Shown: positions 22,907-36,543 of the stretch, piece after piece
Layout: every line of letters starts with the position of its first letter
Numbering within the stretch: position 1 is the stretch's first letter
NCBI GenBank assembly: GCA_963845515.1
Contig: CAWJSR010000057.1
Coordinates: 32,001 to 96,000, forward strand
From: an uncultured delta proteobacterium
GTDB lineage: Bacteria > Myxococcota > Myxococcia > Myxococcales > Anaeromyxobacteraceae
DNA length: 64,000 nt
Reading direction: 5' to 3'
Made by a program: the position numbers and the translations under genes
Notes under the pieces: generated by a model
The model's database searches: none
The model's input: the letters and a program-made list of their open reading frames with translations, nothing else
What the model was told of the DNA's origin: nothing

Positions 22907-23494
22907 TCAGGGGCCGGCCCTGCGGAACGCACTCAGCACGGCGCGGACCTGCGGCGCTGCGACGCCGTCGACGAGCGCCCAGGTCTCGAGGCGCACGGGC
23001 CCGACGCCCGGCGCGAACGTCATCTCCATCACGTGCTCGGTCGACGAGCCGGCGCGGTTGTGTCCCCTCACCCGGACGCAGCCCTCGTAGCGCCCCGCGG
23101 GAACCTCCACGAGCTCCCCGACACCGACGATCTCGTACCGCTCCGTGGAGGAGACCGAGACGACGGACGTCCAGGAGCTCCCCACCGCCAACGGGGCGCA
23201 CAGGAGGCGGCGGATCCGGTCGCGGACGCACTCGCCGTCGGCGCGGAGCTCGGTCCGCTCGCTGTCGCGGAAGAAGCCGTCGGCCGTCCGCTCGGTGATC
23301 CGGACGGTCCGCGCCGCCTTTCGCCCCCCACCGGCGAGCTGTGGCGAGACGTCGTCCCAGACCCACTCGTTCCCCACGGCCAGCGGGTAGAAGCTGGCGG
23401 GACCACCGGCGGGCGCGACGGGATTGGGAGCCACCGGCACCGAGGAGCACGCGAAGGCGATCACGACCGGGAGGAGTAGCGTCCTGATCTTCAT
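22907..23494 (-). CDS. Hypothetical lipoprotein
   Basis: Lipobox IAFAC; FYPLAVGNEW...VPAGRYEGCVRV...FAPGVGPVR pattern. Confidence 0.8.
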   Translation of the reverse strand: MKIRTLLLPVVIAFACSSVPVAPNPVAPAGGPASFYPLAVGNEWVWDDVSPQLAGGGRKAARTVRITERTADGFFRDSERTELRADGECVRDRIRRLLCAPLAVGSSWTSVVSVSSTERYEIVGVGELVEVPAGRYEGCVRVRGHNRAGSSTEHVMEMTFAPGVGPVRLETWALVDGVAAPQVRAVLSAFRRAGP

Positions 23495-23531
23495 GGCCGC
23501 AGCATCTTAGCTGCAATCCGGGCGCGAATGG

Positions 23532-24422
23532 TCACGGCTTCTTGGCCGATGGCGGTGCGACGCCGACTCGGGTCCGCGTGAGGGCCTGGCCCGCCGCCTG
23601 GCGGACCGCCCAGTCCGCGTGACCCGACTGAAGGGTCAGCAGGTACCCCTCCACGTCCGCCCCGCCGATCTCCCCAAGGACCGGGATCAGCCGGAGCGTC
23701 GCCCCGGTGTCCCCCGCCTGCGCCGCCTCGATGAGCGCCAACGCCGACGCAGGGTCCTTGAAGGTGGCGAGGGCGTCCACCGCTGCACGCGCAACGACCG
23801 GGTCCGGGTCACGGACGCGCTCGGCGACCGCCCGCGACGTGCCGCTCGCGCCCCTCGCCGCCAGCGCGCGCAGCGCGCGCAGGCGCGCACGCGGGTCGCC
23901 GCCCGCGAGATCGCCTACGAGCGCTTCGGTCGACTTCTGGGCCGCGTGGAGGTCGAGCGCAAGCGCCTGCGCAGCTTCACTCACCGCGCCGCTCAGCGCT
24001 TCCTTCCATGCGCCCTGGGGGTCACGGCCCGGAAGCGCCACCTGCGCCCTCCCCTCCTCGAGAGGGCGGGGGCCGCTCGCCCAGGACTGCTCCAGCTGGA
24101 GCTCGACGACCACCTCCGCGGCTGACCGGGTCGGCGCGCGCAGCGTCGTCATGCCGAACGCCACGACCGACAGCGTCGCGCGGTAGTGACGAGGCGCCCC
24201 TTCATCGTAGGGGAAGCCGGCCCCGGCGAACGCCTTCCTGGCAGCCTCGGTGAGCTGGCGTACGTCGAGCCCCACCTCGGCGAGCGCTGGCGACAGCTCG
24301 GAGGGCGGCACCACGATCACGCCGATCGGCGCGATCGTGGGCTTCCTCCCGCACGCCGGCAGCAGGGCGGCGAGCGCGAGCAGCGCGAAGGCGAGGGTTG
24401 CGCGCTGCGCCCCTCCGCTCAT
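23532..24422 (-). CDS. Lipoprotein with C-terminal HEAT repeats
   Basis: LLPAC lipobox; DPDPVVARAAVDAL, LGEIGG, VRQAAGQAL. Confidence 0.75.
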   Translation of the reverse strand: MSGGAQRATLAFALLALAALLPACGRKPTIAPIGVIVVPPSELSPALAEVGLDVRQLTEAARKAFAGAGFPYDEGAPRHYRATLSVVAFGMTTLRAPTRSAAEVVVELQLEQSWASGPRPLEEGRAQVALPGRDPQGAWKEALSGAVSEAAQALALDLHAAQKSTEALVGDLAGGDPRARLRALRALAARGASGTSRAVAERVRDPDPVVARAAVDALATFKDPASALALIEAAQAGDTGATLRLIPVLGEIGGADVEGYLLTLQSGHADWAVRQAAGQALTRTRVGVAPPSAKKP

Positions 24423-24427
24423 TCCCC

Positions 24428-26221
24428 TCAGCCCCCCGAAGACTCGCCGCCACCAGCCCCAGGGGCGGGCTGCTGGGGCGCCGCGGGTTCAGCGGTGCGG
24501 GGGGCGTCTTCAACAGCAGCCCCGGCCGCGTCGCCGCTGGCAGCCTCCCCGGCAGCCACCGGCGCGCCAGCCTCCGGGGTGCCGGGCGCAGCAGCGCCGT
24601 CGCGCCGACCGCGTCCCCCACGGCGGCGCCGGCGGCGACGCCGGCGGCGGCGTCCCTCTCCGCCCTCGCCAGCGGTGCCGGGCGCGGTGGATCCCTCGCC
24701 TCCAGCCTGGACCGACTGCTCCTCCGGCCCCTCGTCGGCGCCGTCGTCATCCTCGTCGCCGCCATCGTCGTCCGGCGACGAGGACCCCTCCTCGATCGTG
24801 GCTCGCACCTCGATGATCGAGCCCTGCCCTTCACCAGACGGCTCGGAGGCAGGGGGCGGCTCGGCCTCCTGCGTGCCGTCCGCGGCGGAGATCTCGACGG
24901 CCACCTCGGCCCTGGGCTCGCTCGGCTCCTGGTCCCGGCGACGTCCTTCGCGTCCTTCGCGTCCCTCGCGGCCTTCGCGCCCTTCGCGCCGATCCCGCTC
25001 CTCGCGCCGAACCTTCCTGGCCGACTCCTCCTCGGCCCCCTTGGCCGCCGCGTCCCTGAAGAAGGCTTCGTCGACCTCGGGAACGACGACCTGGCGGCAG
25101 CCGATCCCCGCCTCCGTGGCCGCCTCCGAGAGCGCCTCGCCGCAGAGGAGGATCACCGGAAGCTGGCCGCCCGCGCCCGCCTCTCCGCGGGCCTCGCGCT
25201 CGGGGTCCCCGGTCCCGATCACGACGCCGATCTGCGCGCCGTAGTTCGAGACGTCGCGACGAAGGTCCTGGACGTCGCGGCGCGTGACTTCACCGTGGGC
25301 CCTGAGGACGCGGATCGCGTGGCGAACGTTGGCCACGCCCAGCTGCTTCCGCGCCGTGTAGACCGCGTGCTCGCGGCCTCGCTTGACCACCTTGAGCTCC
25401 AGGTAGCCGAGCCGCTCGAGGAGCGCCGAGGCGAGGTGCTCGAATGTGGGCCCGTCGCAGTCGCGCATCCGACGACGAAGCGCTCCGAGCGCCGCCTTGC
25501 GGATGTCGGCGCCAGAGGCCGCCGCACGGGGGGAGGCCGCCGCGACCCGTTCGCCGGGCTCCGGCTGTGCCACCAGGGTGACCGTCTCGCCCTCGACCTC
25601 GAACAGGTTGCTGCGCCCCGCAGACTTGCGCCGGCGGTTGTCCTCGATGAGCGCAGCGCGCAGCGAGCCGAGATCGCGCACGAACGCTTCCGGCATCAGG
25701 AGCCGCTCCGCGCCCTGCGACGCGATCTCGACCAGCGACAGCGGCTTGCCGGCGCCAGCGAGGATCTCGTAGGCGACCTCGGAGGGAGGCGGGAAGCGCT
25801 TGGCGCGCTTCTCCTCGCCCTCCTCGCGCCGCCTTCCGCGCCCCTCTCCACGTCCCTCGCCACGCCCTTCGCCGCGCCCGGTGGACCGCACGACCTCGCG
25901 GCTCGGGATGGGATGGCGCTCCAGCGCGCGGTACGGAATCTCGTCGGCGGGAGGAGGCTCGATCAGGTTCTCGACGGCAGTGGGATCCTCTTCGAGCCCC
26001 CACTCCACGAGCGCAAAGGTACCGTGTTGTACGGCAATGACGCGTCGGTCGGCCTTGGGCAGGCGGCAATGGGCCACCAGCTGCCCCGCCATGGTCTCCT
26101 CCGGGATCTTCCCGACATGGTCGAGCAGATCTTCTCGGGCGGCGATCTCGGCGATCTTCGTGAAGTGAAGAGGCTTCCCCTCGCGCCGCAGCACCTCGAT
26201 GGCGGCTTCGGTGAAGGTCAT
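24428..26221 (-). CDS. Two HARE-HTH domains + degenerate Mrr-like restriction-endonuclease fold + acidic/Arg-rich tail
   Basis: MTFTEAAIEVLRREGKPLHFTKIAE; second unit AYEILAGAGKPLSLVEIA; Mrr-like FEHLASALLERLGY...VQDLR...GVVIGTG...LLCGEAL. Confidence 0.8.
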   Translation of the reverse strand: MTFTEAAIEVLRREGKPLHFTKIAEIAAREDLLDHVGKIPEETMAGQLVAHCRLPKADRRVIAVQHGTFALVEWGLEEDPTAVENLIEPPPADEIPYRALERHPIPSREVVRSTGRGEGRGEGRGEGRGRRREEGEEKRAKRFPPPSEVAYEILAGAGKPLSLVEIASQGAERLLMPEAFVRDLGSLRAALIEDNRRRKSAGRSNLFEVEGETVTLVAQPEPGERVAAASPRAAASGADIRKAALGALRRRMRDCDGPTFEHLASALLERLGYLELKVVKRGREHAVYTARKQLGVANVRHAIRVLRAHGEVTRRDVQDLRRDVSNYGAQIGVVIGTGDPEREARGEAGAGGQLPVILLCGEALSEAATEAGIGCRQVVVPEVDEAFFRDAAAKGAEEESARKVRREERDRREGREGREGREGREGRRRDQEPSEPRAEVAVEISAADGTQEAEPPPASEPSGEGQGSIIEVRATIEEGSSSPDDDGGDEDDDGADEGPEEQSVQAGGEGSTAPGTAGEGGEGRRRRRRRRRRRGGRGRRDGAAAPGTPEAGAPVAAGEAASGDAAGAAVEDAPRTAEPAAPQQPAPGAGGGESSGG

Positions 26222-26351
26222 TCAAGTCCTTGGTTGAAATTTCCAGGGGGGCGTCGTCGGTGACGAGCCTCCGCAAGTACCCGCATCATCGGGCCGCCGG
26301 TCCGGCGTGTCAACGGCCAAACCTCGCGATTCCCCAATGGTTATTGGCGGG

Positions 26352-27089
26352 TCAGACGCCCAGGAACAGCCGCTTGCCGAAGTTGAGGGCGAGGTCGGCA
26401 TCGAAGATCTTCTGGGCAGACGTCTCGATGTCGTAGGGCACGCGGATGTACTCCACCTCGCGCCGCTCTGTGTCGTACATCACGAAGCAGGCCCTGTTGT
26501 CACAGTCCCGGGGCTGGCCCACCGAGCCGACCGAGATCACGTACTTGTAGCCCTTCCGCAGCCCGAACTTGTGCGAGACCACCTCGTTGACATCGCCCGC
26601 GGAGTGGAGGGCGAAGACCTTGCAGAGGTGGGAGTGACCGATGAAGCTGACGTCGGCGAGGTCGTCGAAGTGTGGGACCAGCTCGAGCGCCTGCTCCATC
26701 GCGAAGACGTACTCGTAGGAAGGCGGCTCGAGCGGGGATCCGTGGGTGAAGCTCACGCCGTCGAGCGTGCGGTGCGAGTAAGGCAGCGTCCGCAGCCACT
26801 CCAGGTGGTCCAGGTCGATCCGGGCCGCGGTCCAGTCGAGGGCGTGGCGCGCCGCGTCGTAATAGAAGCTGTAGTCCATGCGCCCGGAGACCGCTGCGTC
26901 ATGGTTCCCCAGCAGCGTCACGGCCGAGATCTTCCGGATGAGCGCGCAGCACTCGTTCACGCTCGCGCCGTACCCGACCACGTCACCCAGGCAGATGACG
27001 GTGTCCGGCTCGAGACGTTCGAGAGCCGCCAGCGATTCGTTGAGCGCCTCGAGGTTCGAATGGATGTCGCTCAGGATCCCGATCCGCAT
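26352..27089 (-). CDS. Metallophosphoesterase (YfcE/MJ0912-like)
   Basis: SDIHSN, LGDVVGYG, GNHD, THGSP, GHSH, GSVGQPRD. Confidence 0.92.
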   Translation of the reverse strand: MRIGILSDIHSNLEALNESLAALERLEPDTVICLGDVVGYGASVNECCALIRKISAVTLLGNHDAAVSGRMDYSFYYDAARHALDWTAARIDLDHLEWLRTLPYSHRTLDGVSFTHGSPLEPPSYEYVFAMEQALELVPHFDDLADVSFIGHSHLCKVFALHSAGDVNEVVSHKFGLRKGYKYVISVGSVGQPRDCDNRACFVMYDTERREVEYIRVPYDIETSAQKIFDADLALNFGKRLFLGV

Positions 27090-27148
27090 TCGCCCGTGGC
27101 CACCCTTCGGAGGGGTCGGCGCATCGTAGCCGCCGTCCCTCCAGAGCG

Positions 27149-28087
27149 TCAACCCGCCGAGGCCTCGAAGAGGTCCTCTTCGAGCTCGTCGAAGTGTGCA
27201 AGCATCCGCGCCTCCGCGTACCGGTCCCGGATCTCGCCGGTCGTGAGGGTCCGGAGCCGGTCCAGGCTGAACTGCTCGACCACGTAGCTGGCGAGCACGC
27301 TGCCGAGGACGATTGCTCGACGGAGGACCCCGCGCTCCTCGCGACCCTGCCTGGCCAGGTAGCCCATGAAGCCGCCCGCGAAGCTGTCCCCGGCCCCGGT
27401 GGGATCGTAGACGTTGGGCAGCGGGAAGGCCGAGGCCATGAAGACCTCCTCCCCGGAGAAGAAGGCGGCGCCATACTCGCCGCGCTTGACCACCACGGCG
27501 CGGGGGCCCATCCGGAGGATGGCCTTCGCGGCCTTCACGACGTTGTGCTCGCCGGCGAGCTGGCGCGCCTCGGCGTCGTTGACGAAGACCATGTCGACGC
27601 GCTTGAACGTCTCGAGCAGGCTCGCGCGCTTGGACGTGATCCAGTAGTTCATCGTGTCGCAGGCGACGAAGCGGGGCGCACGGATCTGGTCCAGCACCTG
27701 CCTCTGCAGGTCCGGATCGATGTTGCCGAGGAAGACGTAGGCCGAGTCACGGAAGTGCTCCGGCAGCTCCGGCTTGAAGTCGGCGAAGACGTTGAGCTGC
27801 GTGTCGAGCGTGTGCGCCGTGTTCAGGTCGAACTCGTACCTGCCGCTCCAGCGAAAGGTCCTCCCCGGCCGGCGGACCAGGCCGCCGAGGTCGATCCCGC
27901 GCGAGGTCAGGAAGTCCACGTGCTCCGCCGGGAAGTCCTCGCCCACCACCGCGACCACGCGGGTGGGGAGGAAGAAGCTCGCGCAGGACGCGAAGTAGGC
28001 GGCCGAGCCGCCCAGGACGTCGGCGCGACGTCCGAACGGGGTCTCCAGCGTGTCCAGCGCGACCGAACCGACGACGAGCAGTGACAA
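27149..28087 (-). CDS. PfkB-family carbohydrate/nucleoside kinase
   Basis: VVGSVALD, LGGSAAY, DPTGAGDSFAGG; probable TTG start. Confidence 0.92.
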   Translation of the reverse strand: MSLLVVGSVALDTLETPFGRRADVLGGSAAYFASCASFFLPTRVVAVVGEDFPAEHVDFLTSRGIDLGGLVRRPGRTFRWSGRYEFDLNTAHTLDTQLNVFADFKPELPEHFRDSAYVFLGNIDPDLQRQVLDQIRAPRFVACDTMNYWITSKRASLLETFKRVDMVFVNDAEARQLAGEHNVVKAAKAILRMGPRAVVVKRGEYGAAFFSGEEVFMASAFPLPNVYDPTGAGDSFAGGFMGYLARQGREERGVLRRAIVLGSVLASYVVEQFSLDRLRTLTTGEIRDRYAEARMLAHFDELEEDLFEASAG

Positions 28088-28154
28088 GGCGGCCTCCTGT
28101 TGCCGCGCGTGCGTTCGGCGGCGGGCGTTGCGTACCGTGGCGGCCCCGTCCAGG

Positions 28155-29228
28155 TCAACGTGAACCGTCTGGCTCACCCGCCGCCGCCAGCTGGCCGCAG
28201 GCGGCGGAGACGTCGCGCCCTCGGCTCTTGCGGACGACGGCGGTGAGCCCCAGCGCGGCCAGCCGCTCCCGGAAGCGGTCGATCCGCGCCGGCTCGGGCG
28301 CGCAGAGCGCGAGCCCGGGGTTCTCGTTGTAGGGGATCAGGTTCACCTTCGACGGGATCCCCTTGAGGATCCGGCCGAGCCGGTCGGCGTCCTCGTCAGA
28401 GTCGTTCACCCCCCCCAGCATCACGTACTCGAACGTGATGCGGCGCCCCTGCTTCATCGGGAACGCCCGGCACGCGCGCAGCAGCTCCGCGATCGGGTAG
28501 CGCTGGTTGACGGGCATGATCCGGCTGCGCGCCTCGTCGGTGGTGGCGTTGAGCGAGACCGCCAGCTTCACCTGCGTCTCCTCCCCGAGCCTCCGGATCA
28601 TCGGCGCGAGGCCGGCGGTCGAGACCGTGACGTGACGGTGGGAGAAGTTGGGTCCGTCCTCCGAGAGCAGGATGGCCAGGCCGGCCTTCAGGTTCTCGAA
28701 GTTGGCGAGCGGCTCCCCCATCCCCATGAAGACGAGGTTGGTCAGCGGCCGCGGTCCCTCCCCCTCGCCCAGCTCGACCAGGCGCCGGTTGGCCCGGTGG
28801 ACCTGATCGACGATCTCGCCCGCCGTGAGGTTGCGCAGGAGCCCCATGGTCGCGGTGAGGCAGAAGGTGCACCCCATGCCGCAGCCGACCTGCGACGAGA
28901 CGCAGAGCGTCTTCCGCTCGGTCTCCGGCATGTAGACCGACTCGACGGGGAGCCCGTCGGAGGTGCGCCACTTCCACTTGATCGTCCCATCGGCGGAGCG
29001 CTGCTCGGCCTCGCGCGACAGCGTCGTGAGCGCGCAGCGCGCAGCGAGAGCGGCCCTGAACGCCCGCGGCACGTCCGTCAGCTCGTCGAGCGACGCCGCG
29101 CCCCGGAGGTGGAGCCAGCGGTGGATCTGGCGCGCGCGAAAGGGTCGCTCGCCGAGCTCGCCCACCAGCGCCTCGAGCTCGGCGCGCCCCATCGAGCGCA
29201 GGTCAGGACGTGGATCACGCGCCGCCAT
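28155..29228 (-). CDS. rlmN: Dual-specificity RNA methyltransferase RlmN
   Basis: CVSSQVGCGMGCTFC, FMGMGEP, VNLIPYN, AACGQL. Confidence 0.96.
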   Translation of the reverse strand: MAARDPRPDLRSMGRAELEALVGELGERPFRARQIHRWLHLRGAASLDELTDVPRAFRAALAARCALTTLSREAEQRSADGTIKWKWRTSDGLPVESVYMPETERKTLCVSSQVGCGMGCTFCLTATMGLLRNLTAGEIVDQVHRANRRLVELGEGEGPRPLTNLVFMGMGEPLANFENLKAGLAILLSEDGPNFSHRHVTVSTAGLAPMIRRLGEETQVKLAVSLNATTDEARSRIMPVNQRYPIAELLRACRAFPMKQGRRITFEYVMLGGVNDSDEDADRLGRILKGIPSKVNLIPYNENPGLALCAPEPARIDRFRERLAALGLTAVVRKSRGRDVSAACGQLAAAGEPDGSR

Positions 29229-29232
29229 GCGA

Positions 29233-30603
29233 TCAGCCCCCCGCAGCCGGCATCGCGGGGGCCGGGGCCGGCGCGGGCTCCTCGGTCGCCGACGAGGTCC
29301 TCGCGATCTCGACGCGCGTGACGCGCCGCTCGTCGCCGGCCCTCACGGCGAAGGTGAGGCCGTCCCAGGCGATCACGGCACCCACGGGGGGCACCCGGCC
29401 GGCGTGAGCGGTGACGAAGCCGCCCAGCGTCTCGAAGTCGCCCTCCTCCGGGAACCTCACCTGGGGGGCGCGCTCGCCGTCGGGGGCGAGCGGCTCGGCA
29501 CCCTGACGCTGGTTCAGCAGGGCCTCGAGCTCGTGGAGCGGCACCGACGCATCGGCTAGCCAGACGCCGTCAGCGATCACCTTCACCGGGGCGGACTCGA
29601 CGTCTGCCTCGTCCTGGATCTCGCCCACGATCTCCTCGATCACGTCCTCCAGGGTCACGAGGCCGCTCGTGCCGCCGAACTCGTCGACGACGACGGCGAT
29701 GTGCGTCTTTCGCCGCTGCATCTCCTTCAGCAGGCGGGAGATCTTCATCTGCTCGGGGACGAAGAACGGGGACTTGATGTGCTCCTCCAGCGAGACCTTC
29801 CCGCCTCCCAGCACCGCAGGGAGGACGTCGCGAACGAGCAGCACGCCGACCACGTTGTCGATCGACCCGTCATAGACCGGCATCCGGCTGTACGGGTTCT
29901 CGCGGACGACGCGGAGCAGCTCTTCCGGGGTCGCCTCGCGGTCGAGCGCCGCCATCCGCGTGCGCGGGATCATGATCTCGCGCACGACCCGGTCGGCGAA
30001 CTCCAGGACGCTGTTCAGCAGCTCCTCCTTCACCTCGTCGAGGACCCCCTCCCGCGAGCCCATCTCGATCAGGTACTCGATCTCCTCGCTCGTCACGGTC
30101 GGCCCCCTGGTGGCGCCACCTCCAAAGAACCCGACCAGGAGGCTGGTCCCTTTCGTCGTGGCGGTCGCGAGCGGCCAGAGGAGGAAGCTGATCGCGCGAA
30201 CGAGCGGGATGGAGAGCATCGAGACCCTGACCGGGTGGCGCTTCCCCACGGTCTTGGGGACGATCTCGCCCAGGAAGAGGACGACGGCGGTCGTGGTCGC
30301 CGTCGCGGCGGCGAAGACCGACGCCGCGTTCCACCAGGGGTGCGCGGCGACGAGGTCTGCGGCGATCGACCCGGCGAGCGCGCCCGACCCGATGTTGACG
30401 AGCGTGTTGACGATGAGGAGCGTCGAGAGCGTCCGCTCGGGCTGCTCGATCCAGAGGGAGAGCATCCTGGCGCGCCGCCCGCCGGCGTCGCGCAGCTGTC
30501 GCGCGCGAGCGTCGCCGAGCGCCGTCAACGCGGTCTCCGTCCCCGAGCAGAACGCGGACGCGAAGAGGAAGGCGAACGCCAGGAACCACTTCCATGTCTC
30601 CAC
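29233..30603 (-). CDS. Hemolysin-family / CNNM (DUF21-CBS-CorC) membrane protein
   Basis: SAFCSGTETAL, GEIVPK, REIMIPR, YSRMPVY, VVDEFGGTSGLVTLEDVIEEIVGEI; start uncertain. Confidence 0.92.
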   Translation of the reverse strand: METWKWFLAFAFLFASAFCSGTETALTALGDARARQLRDAGGRRARMLSLWIEQPERTLSTLLIVNTLVNIGSGALAGSIAADLVAAHPWWNAASVFAAATATTTAVVLFLGEIVPKTVGKRHPVRVSMLSIPLVRAISFLLWPLATATTKGTSLLVGFFGGGATRGPTVTSEEIEYLIEMGSREGVLDEVKEELLNSVLEFADRVVREIMIPRTRMAALDREATPEELLRVVRENPYSRMPVYDGSIDNVVGVLLVRDVLPAVLGGGKVSLEEHIKSPFFVPEQMKISRLLKEMQRRKTHIAVVVDEFGGTSGLVTLEDVIEEIVGEIQDEADVESAPVKVIADGVWLADASVPLHELEALLNQRQGAEPLAPDGERAPQVRFPEEGDFETLGGFVTAHAGRVPPVGAVIAWDGLTFAVRAGDERRVTRVEIARTSSATEEPAPAPAPAMPAAGG

Positions 30604-30699
30604 TGCTGCCAACGGCTTCAGTCCTTCCTTTCCCCCGCAAACTGCGACGCCCGCCTGTGAGGCGGGCGCGCTGTGAGTCACATACTAACGCGGAAACGG

Positions 30700-30747
30700 A
30701 TGACGGCAGGTCCCGGCCGGGGCGTCCGACCGAAACCTGCCGTCATT
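30700..30747 (-). terminator. Hairpin downstream of ndk
   Basis: ATGACGGCAGGT ... ACCTGCCGTCAT 12-bp inverted repeat. Confidence 0.6.
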
Positions 30748-30759
30748 ACAGGCCCTTGG

Positions 30760-31203
30760 CTAGCGCTTATCCTTCCAGTTGTAGCCGTGGATCTCGACCT
30801 CGGGGAAGAAGTAGCTCACCTCGATCCGGGCGTTCTCCACGCTGTCCGAGCCGTGGACGGTGTTCTTCTCGATGTCGGTGGCGAAGTCCTTGCGGAGGGT
30901 GCCGTCGGCCGCCTTCTTGGGGTCCGTCGCGCCCATGATGTCCCGGTTCTTCAGGACCGCGTTCTCTCCCTCGAGGACCATCAGGACGACCGGTCCGCTG
31001 GTCATGGACTCGACGAGGCTGCCGAAGAACGGGCGGGCCTTGTGGACCGCGTAGAAGCCCTCGGCCTCGGCCCTGGAGAGCCGCTTCAGCTTGATCGCGA
31101 TGGGCTTGAGGTCGGCGGTCTCGAAGCGGCTGATGACCCGCCCGATGATGCCCTTCTCGACCCCGTCCGGCTTGACGATGGAAAGCGTACGCTCGATTGC
31201 CAT
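30760..31203 (-). CDS. ndk: Nucleoside diphosphate kinase
   Basis: [25 protein letters not shown]. Confidence 0.98.
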   Translation of the reverse strand: MAIERTLSIVKPDGVEKGIIGRVISRFETADLKPIAIKLKRLSRAEAEGFYAVHKARPFFGSLVESMTSGPVVLMVLEGENAVLKNRDIMGATDPKKAADGTLRKDFATDIEKNTVHGSDSVENARIEVSYFFPEVEIHGYNWKDKR

Positions 31204-31330
31204 TGCTCTTCTCCGTTCTTGCGCTGATGTGGCCGCCGCCTTGACGCGTGGACATCCCCCGCGCCGCGGCTGGCCATGTCCTGGGGAGGGCGCCCTCCGC
31301 ATGAACCGCGTAGCGCCCGGCGCGCCCCTT

Positions 31331-32224
31331 TTACCCGGTTCGACGGCTTTCCGCGAGGGCGCGCTTCATGGCGTCGCCCATGAGGTGGGGCGCCTCGCAG
31401 ACGGTGATCCCCGCCTCGCGGAAGGCGGCGAGCTTGGCCTCCGCAGTGCCGGCGTTCCCCGCGATCACCGCGCCGGCGTGCCCCATCCGCTTGCCGGGCG
31501 GCGCGGTACGGCCGGCGATGAAGCCCACGACCGGCTTGGTCATCGCCTCGCGGACGAAGGCGGCCGCCTGCTCCTCCTCGGCGCCGCCGATCTCGCCGAT
31601 GAGGATCACGGCGTCGGTCCCCTCGTCGGCCTCGAAGGCGGAGAGGATGTCGACGAAGCCGAGCCCGTGGACCGGATCGCCTCCGATCCCCACCGCCGTG
31701 GACTGGCCCATCCCCAGGTCGCTGAGCTGCTTCACCGCCTCGTAGGTGAGCGTCCCGGAGCGCGAAACCACCCCTATCCTCCCCGGCTGGTGCACGTGAC
31801 CGGGCATGATCCCGATCTTGCACTGCCCCGGCGTTATCACCCCCGGGCAGTTCGGCCCGATCAACCTCACGCCGGGAGCGCACCCCAGGTACCGCTTCAC
31901 CTGGACCATGTCCAACGTCGGGATCCCCTCGGTGATCGCGACGATCAGCCCGACCCCTGACTCCGCTGCCTCGATGATCGCGTCGGCCGCCCCCCGCGGC
32001 GGCACGAAGATGGCCGCGGCGTCCGCCGCGGTCGCGCGCACGGCCTCTTCGACGCCGTGGAAGATCGGGACCGTCCTGAGGAAGCGTGTCCCTCCGCGCC
32101 CTGGGGTGACCCCCGCCACGACCCGCGTGCCGTAGGCGATCATCTGCTCGGCGTGGAACGACCCGGCAGCGCCGGTGATCCCCTGGACGAGCACGCGGGT
32201 CTCCCTGTCGACGAGGATGCTCAC
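31331..32224 (-). CDS. sucD: Succinyl-CoA synthetase alpha subunit
   Basis: [29 protein letters not shown]. Confidence 0.97.
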   Translation of the reverse strand: MSILVDRETRVLVQGITGAAGSFHAEQMIAYGTRVVAGVTPGRGGTRFLRTVPIFHGVEEAVRATAADAAAIFVPPRGAADAIIEAAESGVGLIVAITEGIPTLDMVQVKRYLGCAPGVRLIGPNCPGVITPGQCKIGIMPGHVHQPGRIGVVSRSGTLTYEAVKQLSDLGMGQSTAVGIGGDPVHGLGFVDILSAFEADEGTDAVILIGEIGGAEEEQAAAFVREAMTKPVVGFIAGRTAPPGKRMGHAGAVIAGNAGTAEAKLAAFREAGITVCEAPHLMGDAMKRALAESRRTG

Positions 32225-32249
32225 GCGTCCGCTCCCGCTCTCCGCATGC

Positions 32250-33419
<1,170 letters not shown>

Positions 33420-33489
33420 GCAGCACCAGTGTAGCAGGCTGCCGAAGGTCGGAGGCTGGCAGTGGTGGCGTGCGGCCGCCGGTCGGCGG

Positions 33490-34434
<945 letters not shown>

Positions 34435-34466
34435 TTACCCTTCTGGGCGTGAGTGCGAGCCGCCAG

Positions 34467-35780
<1,314 letters not shown>

Positions 35781-35854
35781 TCCGTGGAACCCCGGGGGCT
35801 ATCGAGGAGGGATGAAGTGGACCTCGGCTATTACCACCCGCCCGTCCGAGGTGT

Positions 35855-36523
35855 CTAGCAATAGGCGCGCACTGCCCGGTAGTCGCAGAGCTGCACGCCG
35901 GCGACCACCACGGCACGCCGAACGGCCGGGGCGCAGAGCGCGGCCAGCTCGACCTCCCGCTCGACGCCGAAGGAGGTCCGCGCATGGCTCGGCCGGTACC
36001 CGGGGTGCGCCATCAGCTCGGTGGTCCCGTCGCCCAGCGTCGCGACGACCTCGGCCAGGCGGGCTTCGGTCCAGGCAGGGCGGAGCGCGGCGTCGCCCAG
36101 GAAGCGATCCACCGCGAGGACGCCCACGCGGCGGAGCGAGTCACGCGTCGCCGCGTCGATCGCCCTCACCGGGAGGCCGCGCTCGCGTGCCACGCGCGCG
36201 AAGGGTGCCAGGGCCGCGGACGCGACGTGAAGATGCTTGTGGCTGTCGAGGTGGGTCGGCGGCTCGCCGCGGAGCTCCTGGAAGCGCGCCAGCTGGTCCC
36301 GCAGCGCGCGCTCGACCTCACCCTCCGTCATGCCGGGCTCGAGGACCACGTGCAGGCCGATCCCGAGCGACCGCGGCGCCCGCCGAAGCGCGTCCTTGGA
36401 GAACGGGGTGGCGACCATCGCGGTCGCGCTGGTGACGATCCCCCGGGCGTGCGCCTCCAGGATGCCGCGGTCGATCTCGGGATCGTACCCGAGATCATCC
36501 GCGTTCACGACCAGGTGGCGCAC
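35855..36523 (-). CDS. ChbG/YdjC/HpnK-family deacetylase
   Basis: VNADDLG, GLH, THLDSHKHLH, ELMAHPG. Confidence 0.9.
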   Translation of the reverse strand: MRHLVVNADDLGYDPEIDRGILEAHARGIVTSATAMVATPFSKDALRRAPRSLGIGLHVVLEPGMTEGEVERALRDQLARFQELRGEPPTHLDSHKHLHVASAALAPFARVARERGLPVRAIDAATRDSLRRVGVLAVDRFLGDAALRPAWTEARLAEVVATLGDGTTELMAHPGYRPSHARTSFGVEREVELAALCAPAVRRAVVVAGVQLCDYRAVRAYC

Positions 36524-36543
36524 GGCGCTGCGGGCGCGGCGGG

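Noticed and set aside
24940..24990. 9-bp tandem repeat (CCTTCGCGT-like) and 12-bp repeats near 25835-25880
   Set aside because: They encode (REG)n and (GRGE)n low-complexity segments of the HARE-HTH protein and are not independent elements.
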